Shown: positions 35,108 to 46,536, numbered from the stretch's first letter. The stretch is 64,000 nucleotides of DNA from Trichormus sp. ATA11-4-KO1 (GCA_019358915.1 JAHHIM010000005.1:32001-96000); one strand, 5' to 3'. The notes: generated from the sequence alone by a model not told the origin. Numbers and translations are program-made.

Positions 35108-35827
35108 ATGACACTTGTTTATCCCCGCCGTCAAAGGCAGCTTGAAAGTTTAGTGAGAAAGTTAGGTTTGCCAACAGGGTTACCCATTAAGTGGGAACTG
35201 TTGGATTTGGCGCTAACTCATCCGACTGTTTCGGAATCAGCAAATTATGAACAACTAGAGTTCGTCGGTGATGCAGTGGTGCGACTAGCGGCGGCGGTTG
35301 TGTTGTGGGAAACATATCCTGATTGTCCAGTGGGGGATTTTGCGGCGATTCGTTCGGTGTTAGTGAGCGATCGCATTCTCGCTCAACTGGCTAGAGAATA
35401 TGGTTTAGAGTTATATTTACTAGTTGCAGGTAGTGCTACCAGTGATAAAGTCGGTCAAGAATCACGATTGGCAGATGCTTTTGAAGCTGTTCTGGGTGCG
35501 CTTTATCTCAGCACTAACAATTTGGACTTAATTCGCCCATGGTTAGATGATCACTTCCAAAAACTAGCAACAGAAATTCGCCTCGATCCGGCTAGACTTA
35601 ATTACAAAGCTGCCCTACAAGAATGGACACAGGCACAATTTAAGGTCTTACCTGAGTATCGGGTCGTAGAGATCAGTCAAACTAACCAAAATCAAGAGCG
35701 TTTTGCGGCTGAAGTCTGGTTGCATGACAATAAATTAGGTGAAGGCAAAGGACGCTCAATCAAAGCTGCTGAACAAGCCGCAGCTAAAGTAGCTTTTTTA
35801 GCGATCGCCAATCAGGAAAATCCCTGA
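35108..35827 (+). CDS. rnc: Ribonuclease III
   Basis: ALTHPT, YEQLEFVGDAV, LADAFEAVLGA, dsRBD NYKAALQEW..GKGRSIKAAEQAAA. Confidence 0.95.
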   Translation: MTLVYPRRQRQLESLVRKLGLPTGLPIKWELLDLALTHPTVSESANYEQLEFVGDAVVRLAAAVVLWETYPDCPVGDFAAIRSVLVSDRILAQLAREYGLELYLLVAGSATSDKVGQESRLADAFEAVLGALYLSTNNLDLIRPWLDDHFQKLATEIRLDPARLNYKAALQEWTQAQFKVLPEYRVVEISQTNQNQERFAAEVWLHDNKLGEGKGRSIKAAEQAAAKVAFLAIANQENP

Positions 35828-35905
35828 ATTCAATTTTATATTGAGTAAAATATCAGTTGTTAGTTGTTGGTAATTTTTGTACTAATAACTAATGACTATT
35901 GACTA

Positions 35906-36973
35906 ATGACTAATATAATGACTAACCAAATTAAAATCGCTGTTATTGGTGTTGGGCGTTGGGGAGTGCATTTACTGCGGAACTTTTTAGCACATTCCCA
36001 AGTGAGTGTTGTAGCTGTAATAGACCCCCATGCAGAAAGATTAGCGGCAGTGAAGCAGCAGTTTAACTTAGATGAAAACATTTTATTTAGTACTCAGTGG
36101 TCAGCTTTACAGCAAGTACCAGGATTAACAGCAGTAGCGATCGCTACTCCAGCTACTACTCACTACGCCTTAATCAAGGACTCCCTCAAGCAGGGATACC
36201 ACGTTTTGGCAGAAAAACCCTTAACTCTAGATCCAGTTGAATGTCTGGAACTTTGCCAGTTGGCAGAGCAACAGCATTTAATACTGATGGTTGACCATAC
36301 TTATTTATTTCATCCAGCCGTTGCACAAGGGCAAGCTGTAGTTAAAGCTGGTAAATTAGGTGATTTACTTTATGGCTACGCCACCCGCACCCATTTAGGG
36401 CCAGTTCGCCAGGATGTAGATGCTTTGTGGGATTTAGCCATTCATGATATTGCCATTTTTAATAATTGGCTGGGTCAGATACCCGTGAAAGTACAAGCTA
36501 CGGGTACAGTTTGGTTACAAAGTCAAGGAAGTGGGGAACTTACACAATCCCTATCAGGCTTGGCTGATTTAGTTTGGGTTACACTGACGTACCCGGATGG
36601 CTTTCAAGCATATATCCATTTATGCTGGCTTAATCCCGATAAACAGCGACGACTTGGGGTTGTGGGTAGCCTGGGAAGTTTGATTTTTGATGAAATGTCA
36701 CCCTCATCGCCTTTAACTTTGTTACATGGTGAGTTTGAACGTCAGGGGAATCAATTTTTGCCTGTGAATCAAAGGCGAGAGGTGTTAGAACTAGAAACAG
36801 GCGAACCATTGCAGAGAGTATGCGATCGCTTTGTTATTTGTGTTATTAATAATACTTCACCAGCAGTTTCATCTGGCTGGGTAGGCACAGAGTTAGTACA
36901 AATTCTCTCTGGTATTACAGCATCTCTCAACCAGGGCGGACAGCCTGTTGTTTTAAAATCAACGAATATCTAA
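35906..36973 (+). CDS. Gfo/Idh/MocA family oxidoreductase
   Basis: GVGRWG, HVLAEKP, WDLAIHD. Confidence 0.92.
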   Translation: MTNIMTNQIKIAVIGVGRWGVHLLRNFLAHSQVSVVAVIDPHAERLAAVKQQFNLDENILFSTQWSALQQVPGLTAVAIATPATTHYALIKDSLKQGYHVLAEKPLTLDPVECLELCQLAEQQHLILMVDHTYLFHPAVAQGQAVVKAGKLGDLLYGYATRTHLGPVRQDVDALWDLAIHDIAIFNNWLGQIPVKVQATGTVWLQSQGSGELTQSLSGLADLVWVTLTYPDGFQAYIHLCWLNPDKQRRLGVVGSLGSLIFDEMSPSSPLTLLHGEFERQGNQFLPVNQRREVLELETGEPLQRVCDRFVICVINNTSPAVSSGWVGTELVQILSGITASLNQGGQPVVLKSTNI

Positions 36974-37503
36974 TTACTATTTCGGATGAGAACGTTAGTA
37001 TCTGTCCACCCATAAGCAACTTCTTTGAGTTGAGAATTACCTCTCTCGATGAGCTGTTCATCAACTTTTTGCCCACCTAGAGCTTGATAAAATTTACAGG
37101 CTGGATTGTCTGCTAGTACCCATACCAGCATTGAATGAATATCTACTTGAGCAAGTCGCTTCATAACCATCCTGACGAGTTGGCGTCCAATACCTTGTTG
37201 TTGGTAGCTATCCAAAATGTAGATAGCATTGAGTTCGCCCTTGTAAAGAGAATTTCCTGTACGTTCTGGGCCGCCATGAGCAAAACCGACAACTTGTCCT
37301 GCCTGATTTTCAACTACATAGGTAAACTGTCCTTGAATTGCTGCCTGGCTCAAAATTTGTTGCCAACCCTGTTCACGTTTTTTATAGGACAGTTGAGCGA
37401 GATAATCTTCTGGGATCATACCTCGGTAGGTTGTCCGCCAAGTGTCTATGTGAATTTGAGCAATTCTGGTTACATCATTGAAGTGAGCTTCTCTCAAGAT
37501 CAT
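36970..37503 (-). CDS. GNAT family N-acetyltransferase
   Basis: YQQQGIGRQL acetyl-CoA motif; NPACKFYQALG. Confidence 0.92.
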   Translation of the reverse strand: MILREAHFNDVTRIAQIHIDTWRTTYRGMIPEDYLAQLSYKKREQGWQQILSQAAIQGQFTYVVENQAGQVVGFAHGGPERTGNSLYKGELNAIYILDSYQQQGIGRQLVRMVMKRLAQVDIHSMLVWVLADNPACKFYQALGGQKVDEQLIERGNSQLKEVAYGWTDTNVLIRNSN

Positions 37504-37571
37504 GGGATAGATTTCTATGTAAGCAAGCTGTGAATATATTTTTTAACCCCAATTTCTCAAATGAAAATTTT

Positions 37572-39716
37572 CTATCTCTCCGTGGTTCGGTTAGCATAAG
37601 CTTCTCCTGATGGTAAGCGGGGAAGGGCAGGCTGCGGCAGGAGATCAAGCTCATAATTATTCTTCACAAGTGGCAGTTCGCAATTTTTTCCATCTAACCC
37701 AGCTTTGTTAGATTCATTGATCCCGTTAGAGTCTTGAAGGGTGTCTTCCTGATGAATAGGACATGAGTTGAACTCTCTTACCGCCTCATCTCCAGAATTA
37801 ACTCCCAGATTCGGGAAACCTTTTTCCTCTGTTGGATCTGTTAATGAAGCACCATCAATTAACGGTAAAGTAATCTTCACCGTTGTACCTTGATTCAGTC
37901 CGGCACTTTCTAGAATAATGCTACCTCCCATGAGTTCAATCAAGTTCCGTGAAATCGCCAATCCTAGTCCCGTACCTTCAAACTTGCGTGTTGTGCTACC
38001 ATCAACCATCACGAAGGGACGAAATAGTTTGTGCTGTTGGGCAGGTTCTATACCTAAACCTGTATCTGTGACTTTAACAACTACCTGAGATTTATGATCA
38101 CTATTTTTCTGTATCGCTGTAGCGATCGTGATGCTGCCTTCGTCGGTGAATTTAGTGGCGTTGCCAATGATATTAATTAGTACTTGCTTCAGTTTTGCTG
38201 CGTCCGCCTTCACGGGAATGGAATCATTACCCAAGTTAATTTTTAACTTTAAGCCTTTTTGTTGAACATTCACTGACTGTAAATTGATTACTTCCAGTAG
38301 GATTTGCCTGAGATCAATCGGTGCTGTAACTACTGAAAGCTTACCTGCTTCAATTTTGGAAATATCTAGTAGCTCATTAATAATACCTAGCAAATGAATA
38401 GCTGTCTCATCTGCGCGTTTGAGGAATTCCAGTTCTTCTTCTCGGTTATCGCACAAACCATCGTGAACTAGGCGCACACAGTTAATAATGATATTTAGTG
38501 GGTTTCTCAATTCATGAGAAGTTGTTGCTAAAAACTGACTTTTAATGTGGTTGGCGGTTTTAGCCTCTTTCCAAGCAATTTCTAGTTCTTCTGCCCAAGC
38601 TTTGAGTCGCTCGACCATTTGGTCTATTGCTTGCGCCAGTTGATTGAACTCTCGGATTTTGAAGTTGTGGGGTACTGGTTGTGTGGCGTGGTGGCTGTGA
38701 AGATTTAGGGCATAGTCTCGCAATTCTTCTACAGGACTGGCTAAGTAAGGAGCCAGATACAGGGATGCCAACAAGCTTGCACCAATCAAACCAACTGTCA
38801 ATACAATAAGGATCAGTTTTATTTCCTCTAAACCAAACAAAGCATTGTCCACAGTTGTCACAGCTAGGATGATCCATTTTTGTCCTTGCTGTTGTGTAAT
38901 GGGATTGGCAATAGCTGTATAGCCAGCTACTAATTCTTCACCCTCTCGAAAAGATAAATTTATGGGACTACTTTCCCCAGTAATGCCTGCGATGGGCTGC
39001 GCCAAGGCATTTTTGACAATGCTTTGTAGTCGGGAAGCGTCTGGGTGCTGTTGGATATTATTACCCACTCGCGCTGCCAATGGGTGTGCTAAAATTGTCC
39101 CGTCTTCAGCAATTACTAAGGTAGAGCCTGCTAGTGACCCTGGCTGATTTCTGTTTTGCTTGTATAGCGCTGATTGGAGATTCAAGGCATATGCTAATTC
39201 CCCACTACGATTGTAGACTGGGGCAGAAAACACCAACTTTAGTTGGTTATGTTTATTTACTTGACCAGTTGTTCCGGCTTTGGGCGGTAATATTTTCTGG
39301 ATATCAACCCCGTAACTAGGCAAAGGTAAACTTAGTTCGGCAATTAATTTATTGCCACAGCTACTAGCAATGATTTCCCTACTTTGGAGATTAATTAATT
39401 GTAGGCACTCAATATGAGTTGGCAATTGTTGTGCCATCTGAGTGAGATACTGTTGTACTTCAGTCCGTGAACCCGATTGTACAACTGTTGTTTGACTGAT
39501 AGTTAGCAAGTGAGTTTTGAGGGTAGCGATCGCATTGGCAATCTTCTCACCTTTAGCGATGGCGCTTTCTGTTAAATTTTGGCGGGCTGTTTTCAGCAGG
39601 CTAGATCGCGCCTTATTCAAAGCCACAATTTCCCCCAGTAACAAAACTGGGACAAACAAAAGCAAAATTCTTGTTACTAAAATACGTCGAAAGGATGATT
39701 GACAGGGCTTAGCCAT
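37572..39716 (-). CDS. Membrane sensor histidine kinase (Cache-like sensor, HAMP, HisKA, HATPase)
   Basis: Two TM helices; FLATTSHELRNPL, NIIGNATKFT, DTGLG, GTGLGL; likely ATG at 39716. Confidence 0.94.
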   Translation of the reverse strand: MAKPCQSSFRRILVTRILLLFVPVLLLGEIVALNKARSSLLKTARQNLTESAIAKGEKIANAIATLKTHLLTISQTTVVQSGSRTEVQQYLTQMAQQLPTHIECLQLINLQSREIIASSCGNKLIAELSLPLPSYGVDIQKILPPKAGTTGQVNKHNQLKLVFSAPVYNRSGELAYALNLQSALYKQNRNQPGSLAGSTLVIAEDGTILAHPLAARVGNNIQQHPDASRLQSIVKNALAQPIAGITGESSPINLSFREGEELVAGYTAIANPITQQQGQKWIILAVTTVDNALFGLEEIKLILIVLTVGLIGASLLASLYLAPYLASPVEELRDYALNLHSHHATQPVPHNFKIREFNQLAQAIDQMVERLKAWAEELEIAWKEAKTANHIKSQFLATTSHELRNPLNIIINCVRLVHDGLCDNREEELEFLKRADETAIHLLGIINELLDISKIEAGKLSVVTAPIDLRQILLEVINLQSVNVQQKGLKLKINLGNDSIPVKADAAKLKQVLINIIGNATKFTDEGSITIATAIQKNSDHKSQVVVKVTDTGLGIEPAQQHKLFRPFVMVDGSTTRKFEGTGLGLAISRNLIELMGGSIILESAGLNQGTTVKITLPLIDGASLTDPTEEKGFPNLGVNSGDEAVREFNSCPIHQEDTLQDSNGINESNKAGLDGKNCELPLVKNNYELDLLPQPALPRLPSGEAYANRTTER

Positions 39717-39976
39717 CGAGTGTCTCACTTCGCATCTGTAAACCACAAAAGCAACGATATGCAATTAGAACGGCTAAATGAGACATTCTATTGAGTTATC
39801 AGAATTTTCTTGTCAACCCCTAAAAGTATCAAGTATTGAAGATATAACCAGAAACATGCTGTGCCAAAGCTTGTATAAGGTAGATGTGAAAGTGACTTGT
39901 GTTGCATATAGATACAGTTATGAAATTAGAATCAACACACTAGCAAGCAAAATATCAAGACTATCAAACCAACCCA

Positions 39977-40717
39977 ATGATGCAACGTCGTCCTCACACC
40001 ACAGTAGTTTTGGCAATGAGTGCAGATGGCAAGATAGCAGATTATAGGCGATCGCCCGCTCGTTTTGGCTCAGGGGCTGATAAAGCGCACCTGGAAAAAC
40101 AAATTGCTGCCTCTGATGCCGTTTTACTAGGTGCTGGCACCCTCCGTGCTTACGGTACAACACTTACCGTATCACAACCAATTCTGCTGCAACATCGCAT
40201 ACAGGGGGGCAAGCCCGCCCAGCCGGTTCATATAGTCATTACACACTCTGGTGACCTCAATCCGGAAATTAAGTTTTTTCAACAGCCAATCGAACGCTGG
40301 TTGTTTACAACAACAATGGGGGCACGTTCATGGCAAAAACGAGAACAGATACTTCATTCAACAGAGAAATCTGCTGCACAGAAGTATTCTCCAAAATTTG
40401 AGCAGATCATAGTTTTTGATACACCAACGGGAAAGGTTGATACATCCACTGCTTTGCAACACCTGGCATCTCTACATATAACACGCTTAGCAGTATTGGG
40501 AGGCGGTGAATTAGTAGCTTCTATGCTGGAATCAGATTTAATTGATGAACTCTGGCTGACAGTTTGCCCTTTAATTTTAGGCGGTGCCACTGCACCCACA
40601 CCAGTAGAAGGCGGAGGATTTTTATCTCAATTAGCTCCCAAATTAGAACTTCTAGAAGTTCATCAAGTAGAGCAGGAAGTATTTTTGCACTATCGGCTGC
40701 AACGATTAGCAGATTAG
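39977..40717 (+). CDS. RibD C-terminal (reductase) domain protein
   Basis: AMSADGKI, DAVLLGAGT, VLGGGEL, LIDELWLTVCPLILGG. Confidence 0.9.
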   Translation: MMQRRPHTTVVLAMSADGKIADYRRSPARFGSGADKAHLEKQIAASDAVLLGAGTLRAYGTTLTVSQPILLQHRIQGGKPAQPVHIVITHSGDLNPEIKFFQQPIERWLFTTTMGARSWQKREQILHSTEKSAAQKYSPKFEQIIVFDTPTGKVDTSTALQHLASLHITRLAVLGGGELVASMLESDLIDELWLTVCPLILGGATAPTPVEGGGFLSQLAPKLELLEVHQVEQEVFLHYRLQRLAD

Positions 40718-40803
40718 ATTACGCTATTAGTCATTAGGCATTGGGCATAGAGAAAATTTTTTCCTTGTCCCCCCAGTCCCTCATTCCCTTAAACAGCCCC
40801 ACG

Positions 40804-41982
40804 ATGGTGGAACAAATCAAGCCTCGCTACTATAGCGTTTGGATCAACAAAATCGCGGAAGTACCCCAAGGTGCTTGGGATGCTTTAGCAATACCACTCA
40901 AAACGCCGTTTTTAGAATGGGAGTGGCTGAATAATCTAGAAATCTCCCAGAGTGCTACAGCTAAAACCGGCTGGTTGCCAAATCACTTACTATTGTGGCG
41001 AGACAGGACTTTGATTGCAGCCGCCCCACTTTACCTGAAAGGACATAGTTATGGTGAATTTGTCTTTGATCACCAATGGGCAGAGTTAGCTGATCGCATT
41101 GGAGTCCAATACTATCCCAAATTACTGGGAATGACACCATTTACCCCGGCTGAAGGTTATCGCTTCTTAATTGCGCCGGGGGAAGATGAGGAGGAAATCA
41201 CCGCGATGATGGTGCATGAAATTGATGCTTTCTGCATTAAACAGCGAATTTCTGGTTGTCATTTTCTCTATGTCGATCCCCAATGGCGTCCTGTGCTGGA
41301 ACGGCAAGGTTTTACAACTTGGTTACACCATAGCTACATTTGGGAAAATGTGGGTTTTAAAACTTTTGATGATTACTTAGCATTATTCAACGCCAATCAG
41401 CGCCGCAATATCAAGCGAGAACGTAAAGCCGTGGAGAAAGTGGGTTTACGACTACAACCATTGACTGGTGATGCAATTCCTCAGTCTTTATTTCCTTTGA
41501 TGTACCAGTTCTACGCTGATACTTGTGATAAGTTTGGCTGGTGGGGTAGCAAATATCTCACCAAACGATTTTTTGAACAGCTACATACCAATTATCGGCA
41601 TCGCGTGTTATTTTTCGCGGCATATACAGAACAAGATGAACGCCAACCTGTAGGTATGTCCTTTTGTTTGTATAAAGGCGATCGCTTATATGGGCGTTAC
41701 TGGGGTAGTTTTCAAGAAATAGATTGCTTACATTTTGATGCTTGTTATTATGCACCAATTGAGTGGGCGATCGCTCACGGTATTCAAACCTTTGACCCTG
41801 GTGCTGGGGGACGACACAAAAAACGCCGAGGTTTCCCGGCTATGGCTAATTACAGTTTGCACCGTTTTTATAATGGTCGTTTAGAACAAATTCTCCGCCC
41901 CTATATTCGGGAAGTCAATCAACTAGAACAGCAGGAAATGGCGGCGATTAATCAGGATTTGCCTTTCAGTAAACGTGATTAA
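40804..41982 (+). CDS. GNAT/FemAB-like protein (DUF482 type)
   Basis: PLYLKGHSYGEFVFDHQWA, LYGRYWG, LHFDACYY, GAGGRHKKRRGF. Confidence 0.9.
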   Translation: MVEQIKPRYYSVWINKIAEVPQGAWDALAIPLKTPFLEWEWLNNLEISQSATAKTGWLPNHLLLWRDRTLIAAAPLYLKGHSYGEFVFDHQWAELADRIGVQYYPKLLGMTPFTPAEGYRFLIAPGEDEEEITAMMVHEIDAFCIKQRISGCHFLYVDPQWRPVLERQGFTTWLHHSYIWENVGFKTFDDYLALFNANQRRNIKRERKAVEKVGLRLQPLTGDAIPQSLFPLMYQFYADTCDKFGWWGSKYLTKRFFEQLHTNYRHRVLFFAAYTEQDERQPVGMSFCLYKGDRLYGRYWGSFQEIDCLHFDACYYAPIEWAIAHGIQTFDPGAGGRHKKRRGFPAMANYSLHRFYNGRLEQILRPYIREVNQLEQQEMAAINQDLPFSKRD

Positions 41983-42021
41983 GAAATTACAAAATAACTA
42001 GTAAGACTTAATAAAATCAAA

Positions 42022-42087
42022 GTTCGTAGTAAGTAGCTCTAACTCTTTAAAACCTTGTAAGAAAGCGATAAATCGCTCACTACGAAC
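42022..42087. repeat. Small inverted-repeat element GTTCGTAGT...ACTACGAAC
   Basis: 9-bp terminal inverted repeats read directly. Confidence 0.65.
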
Positions 42088-42114
42088 AAAAATTTATCTT
42101 AAGACAGGAATGTT

Positions 42115-42237
42115 TGGCGTTGCTGATTGATGGGATGATTTTTTTCTCACGCAAAGACGCAAAGGCGCAAAGACGCAAAAAATCTACCTTTAGCTTTGGT
42201 CAAAAATATCAATTAATTCCGCAAATATGCAACGCCA
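42115..42237. mobile_element. MITE-like element with TGGCGTTGC termini and internal (CGCAAAGA/G) octamer repeats
   Basis: TGGCGTTGC...GCAACGCCA ends; internal CGCAAAGACGCAAAGGCGCAAAGACGCAAA. Confidence 0.7.
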
Positions 42238-42305
42238 CAAACTTTTATTAAGTTGCTGTATTAGATTAGGATGGTGCGGCGCTTGGCGACAACACACCCT
42301 ACTGG

Positions 42306-43367
42306 CTATTTCATCATTGGCTGTTGATCAAAAGAAACTGGCACATCATTACCTGTAGGCGTTGGATTCTCGGCAGGAGTAGCTGTTTGAGTGGCTTGAC
42401 GCTGTTGTTCTAGCACCTGGGCAATTTGCTGCATTAGCTGTTCAATTTTTTGGGTTTCTTCTAAGTTGCCTTGCTCTTGATATATTGTGTGGGCACGTTT
42501 CAATACTCCACTGGCTTTCTTGAGTTCACCCTGTTTATATAGAATGACTCCCAAGTTATAGTAAGCTGAAGCATTCTGGGGATTTTGGCGAATAGCTTGC
42601 CGATAAACAGAAATTGCTTCTGAAGTTTGACCTTGAATTGCCCTCAAGCTTCCCATGTTGTTATAAGCTGTGGCATTTTTCGGATCTAACTCTAAGGCTT
42701 GTTGATAAGCAGCGATCGCTTCTGGTATCTGTCCTTGTCCTTGCTGGGCGATCGCTAAGTTAAAATAAGCATCAGCATTGGTTCTATCTAAATTAATTGC
42801 TTGCTCGTATGCCGCGATCGCTTCTTGAGCCTGTCCTAATTCATACAGTAATAAACCCAAATTATACTGGGCTGCGGCTCTTGTTGGATCTACCACTAAG
42901 GCTTGACGGTAAGCTGTAATCGCCGCTTCTTTTTGTCCTTGTCGATGCAAGGCTAACCCAAGGTTGTAATAAGTTTCACTCAGATTAGGATTAATTCTCA
43001 GCGCTTCTCCGTATTCTTGGACTGCTACATCCAAGCGATTTTGCATCAGTAGAATATTACCTAAGTAATTACGTGCCATACCCAGAGTAGGATCACGCTG
43101 CAACGCCCGACGAAAGGCAGATTCCGCACCCTGTAAGTCACTACGGTTATAGCGTGTGACTCCCTGCTGGTAAAAGCTAGCTGCTTCCAAATCCTGAGAA
43201 ATGGCATTTTGTGCCAGCAACTTGCTTCCTGGTAAATCCATAATTGTCGGTGCAGCCAACACCAAAAATGCAGAGGCAGCACAGAGAAGTCCCAGATGTG
43301 GCTGCCGCCAGGAGAAAACCGGAGGAAAGCAGCAAAACCACTGACCAATTTGATGCTGTTTATACAT
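42306..43367 (-). CDS. Tetratricopeptide repeat protein
   Basis: About seven TPR units (AYYNLG..QG..EAI.AY.QA). Confidence 0.92.
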   Translation of the reverse strand: MYKQHQIGQWFCCFPPVFSWRQPHLGLLCAASAFLVLAAPTIMDLPGSKLLAQNAISQDLEAASFYQQGVTRYNRSDLQGAESAFRRALQRDPTLGMARNYLGNILLMQNRLDVAVQEYGEALRINPNLSETYYNLGLALHRQGQKEAAITAYRQALVVDPTRAAAQYNLGLLLYELGQAQEAIAAYEQAINLDRTNADAYFNLAIAQQGQGQIPEAIAAYQQALELDPKNATAYNNMGSLRAIQGQTSEAISVYRQAIRQNPQNASAYYNLGVILYKQGELKKASGVLKRAHTIYQEQGNLEETQKIEQLMQQIAQVLEQQRQATQTATPAENPTPTGNDVPVSFDQQPMMK

Positions 43368-43455
43368 AAATGGCAACTCTGTACTTTTTGTATATCCTTA
43401 TAAGTCAGAGTACCCACCATGAGATGAAAAATTAAAAGTTAAAAATTAAAAATTT

Positions 43456-44646
43456 CTAACTCAGAACTTCTATGGCTTCTGGCAAAATTAGCATAGCATC
43501 ACCAAAGGAATAAAAGCGATATTGAGAGGCGATCGCTTCTTTGTATATATTTAACAAGCGTTGTCTACCAATCAAGGCACTCACCAACATTAGCAAACTG
43601 GAACGCGGCAGGTGGAAATTAGTAATCAGACCTTCGACTACCCGCCATTGGTAACCAGGATAAATAAATAAGTCTGTTTTGCCACAAAATGGTTGTAAAT
43701 CTCCAGATTGAGCTGCTCCTTCTAAGGCGCGGACTACTGTTGTTCCCACGGCAATAATCCGACCACCAGCTGCTTGAGTGGCACGGATTTGCTCTACTGT
43801 TTCCGGGGGAACTTCAATCCATTCTTCATGCATCTGGTGACTTGTCACGTCTTCCACTTCCACGGGACGAAATGTGCCCACGCCAACGTGTAATGTCACA
43901 AAAGCTTGATTAATTCCGCGATCGCGCAACTTTTCTAGCAATTCTGGAGTAAAGTGTAATCCTGCTGTAGGCGCAGCGATCGCTCCTGGCTGTTGAGCGT
44001 AAACTGTTTGATATTGTTCATCAGCAGCCGTCGATGCCGTAATATAAGGTGGTAGGGGTATTTCACCGAATTCATCTAACAGTTGTACCAAAGATTGTCC
44101 TTCGGGCACATCAAATTGCAATAAACGCCCTCCAGTCGCTGCATCTGTTTCTAGGACTGTGGCGGTTAGCTGAGTGGGGCGTGAGGAAGAATATTTTTGA
44201 CCACTAATCACCAGTCCCCTTGGTTTAAAAATAATCTTGGTTCCTCGTTTGAAGCGTTTTCCTGGCTTGACTAAGGCTAACCAACAGTTATGTTGGCGTT
44301 CTTCCACAAGCAAAACCTCTATTTCTGCACCAGTAGATTTACGCCCATACAGACGCGCTGGAATAACTTTAGTATTATTTATAACTAACAAGTCGCCAGT
44401 GCGTAGTAACTCTGGTAAGTCTCGAAAAATGTGGTTTAGAGGTGCTGTTTCTTTACCTGTAGTGGGAGAATTGATCACCAATAAACGCGAGCTATCTCTG
44501 GGAAATACGGGATTTTGAGCAATGAGTTCAGTTGGTAGTGCGTAGTCATACCCAGCTAATGAACAGTCTAAATTCACATCTTTTGGCTCTTGTTGAGAAA
44601 GCTTATCTAAATTAGTATGTGCTATTTGTGGCTTCATTGAATTCAT
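43456..44646 (-). CDS. queA: S-adenosylmethionine:tRNA ribosyltransferase-isomerase
   Basis: [49 protein letters not shown]. Confidence 0.97.
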   Translation of the reverse strand: MNSMKPQIAHTNLDKLSQQEPKDVNLDCSLAGYDYALPTELIAQNPVFPRDSSRLLVINSPTTGKETAPLNHIFRDLPELLRTGDLLVINNTKVIPARLYGRKSTGAEIEVLLVEERQHNCWLALVKPGKRFKRGTKIIFKPRGLVISGQKYSSSRPTQLTATVLETDAATGGRLLQFDVPEGQSLVQLLDEFGEIPLPPYITASTAADEQYQTVYAQQPGAIAAPTAGLHFTPELLEKLRDRGINQAFVTLHVGVGTFRPVEVEDVTSHQMHEEWIEVPPETVEQIRATQAAGGRIIAVGTTVVRALEGAAQSGDLQPFCGKTDLFIYPGYQWRVVEGLITNFHLPRSSLLMLVSALIGRQRLLNIYKEAIASQYRFYSFGDAMLILPEAIEVLS

Positions 44647-44868
44647 CCCGCCTTCAACAATTTAGTTGGAGATTTTCCAGAGAAATGCTCAATTTCATCT
44701 TGAGACTATTAAGATTGATCCTATTAGGTTAGGTAACACGGAAGCATCACGATAAAAATTGGGTAAACCTCCCCATACGAAAACGGGGGCTTTTACCCTA
44801 CCGGGAACAGCGATCTATTGACGAAGATAGATATGTAGGATTGGCTTTGATCCCAAGCAGCAACCAAT

Positions 44869-45258
44869 ATGGAATATTTGTATTACCTGGCAAATGCCAG
44901 TCTAACTCTGAGGGTCGTTCAACATCTGCACGCCAGACCCCAGATGCCCGTTTCTTTCGTCACCGTTATTCATCAAATTGATGGCTGGGTGGTGAGGATC
45001 AAACTCAAAAGTCAAATTTCTCCCCAAGAGGATGGTGACTTTCGGGCTTTTCTCAATGAATTAGGAATTACCTATGAGCCACCAATGCGGGTGCAAATGG
45101 CACTTTGGAGCTTAGAAGCGGGACAGTGCCCAGTGGACGTAATGCGCCGCTATCAAGTAGCGATCGTTTCTCATGGTAGCCCAGAGAGAGAAGAAATTGA
45201 AGCGTTCCGCCAACAATTCGTCCGGGGGCTGGGCTACTGTCCAGAAACACTGGCGTGA
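44869..45258 (+). CDS. Hypothetical protein, apparently conserved in cyanobacteria
   Basis: Clean 129-aa ORF beginning MEYLYYLANASLTLRVV; no catalytic motif recognised. Confidence 0.8.
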   Translation: MEYLYYLANASLTLRVVQHLHARPQMPVSFVTVIHQIDGWVVRIKLKSQISPQEDGDFRAFLNELGITYEPPMRVQMALWSLEAGQCPVDVMRRYQVAIVSHGSPEREEIEAFRQQFVRGLGYCPETLA

Positions 45259-45371
45259 TATTGTTCGGTGGCAGCGCTGATACTAGAGAATTGGTATTGG
45301 TAATTGGTAAACAGAGATATTTGATCCATGACTAATACCAGTCAGCCAATTTGAGAATTAGGCTACAGTCA

Positions 45372-45878
45372 TCAGCTCTCACTGGAAAAGTCAAAAGCTG
45401 CTGGAATATACTCTTGCAGTTCAAATTGGTATCCGGATGTTGAGAAGCTAGCTAAAGCTGTTGGAGTCGGTGTCAGCTCAGTACTCTGTTTTAATATTCG
45501 CTGACAGTAAACAATGGCAACGTCAAAGCGACAGGGGTAGTCAGCTTTTTCAGGATACTTAACTAAAAACATTCCCGCCGTCCGCCAGATTTTTGCTTGC
45601 TTTTGTGGTGTGATAGCACTTCTACCTCCTGCATCCCAACTGCCTTGACTGCGAGTTTTCACTTCGACAAATGCCACTTGGGGCAATTGGCTGACAGAAA
45701 GATTTTTTTTACTGCTTGGTTGCTTTCCCTGTTGTTGGGCAATAATATCGATTTCTCCCCATCGGCTCGAAAAGCGACGCTGCAAAATCATCCAACCTGT
45801 AGACTGTAACCATTGTGCTACCAGGTCTTCTCCTAATTCACCAATATCGGGATAATGAGAGGGAGGAGGGTTCGCCAT
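45372..45878 (-). CDS. YraN family (UPF0102) protein
   Basis: [30 protein letters not shown]. Confidence 0.92.
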   Translation of the reverse strand: MANPPPSHYPDIGELGEDLVAQWLQSTGWMILQRRFSSRWGEIDIIAQQQGKQPSSKKNLSVSQLPQVAFVEVKTRSQGSWDAGGRSAITPQKQAKIWRTAGMFLVKYPEKADYPCRFDVAIVYCQRILKQSTELTPTPTALASFSTSGYQFELQEYIPAAFDFSSES

Positions 45879-45887
45879 TGGTTCAAA

Positions 45888-46403
45888 ATGATGATAAATT
45901 TTAAATTAAGTAATCGAATTTGGACAAGCATACTCAGTGTATTGCTTTGGGCAGTAGTTGGCATGACAACAACTGTAGGGTTTGTGCCAACAGCTTTAGC
46001 CCTTGAATATAACAAAGAAATTTTGGTAGAAGCTGATTTTTCCGGACGTGATTTAACAGACTCTAGTTTTACCAAAGCTAATCTCCGCCAGAGTGACTTT
46101 AGCAATGCTAATTTGCGCGGTGTGAGTTTCTTCGCGGCAAATTTAGAGTCGGCAAATTTGGCAAATGCTGACCTCACAAATGCCACTTTAGATTCAGCTC
46201 GCTTGATTAAAGCAAATTTGACAAATGCGGTGCTAGAGGGTGCGTTTGCGGCTAACGCTAGATTTGATGGTGCAACTATCGATGGCGCAGATTTTACAGA
46301 TGTGCTGCTACGCCAAGATGAGCAAAAAAAATTGTGCCAACTGGCTAAAGGTACTAATCCAGTTACAGGAAGAGATACACGGGATACGTTGTTTTGTCCG
46401 TAG
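45888..46403 (+). CDS. Pentapeptide repeat protein (secreted or lumenal)
   Basis: Signal peptide; A(D/N)LXX repeats; [21 protein letters not shown]-terminus. Confidence 0.92.
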   Translation: MMINFKLSNRIWTSILSVLLWAVVGMTTTVGFVPTALALEYNKEILVEADFSGRDLTDSSFTKANLRQSDFSNANLRGVSFFAANLESANLANADLTNATLDSARLIKANLTNAVLEGAFAANARFDGATIDGADFTDVLLRQDEQKKLCQLAKGTNPVTGRDTRDTLFCP

Positions 46404-46536
46404 TGGAAATCAGGGGATGGAGGGAGATTTTTGTACTCTCCTGTAATCCTCTTCTTAAAAATTAAAAGATAGTGGTTCAGTGGTGTGAGATCATTATCAT
46501 TAAAGATTATCAATATGGTCTAAAGACGATCAATGA

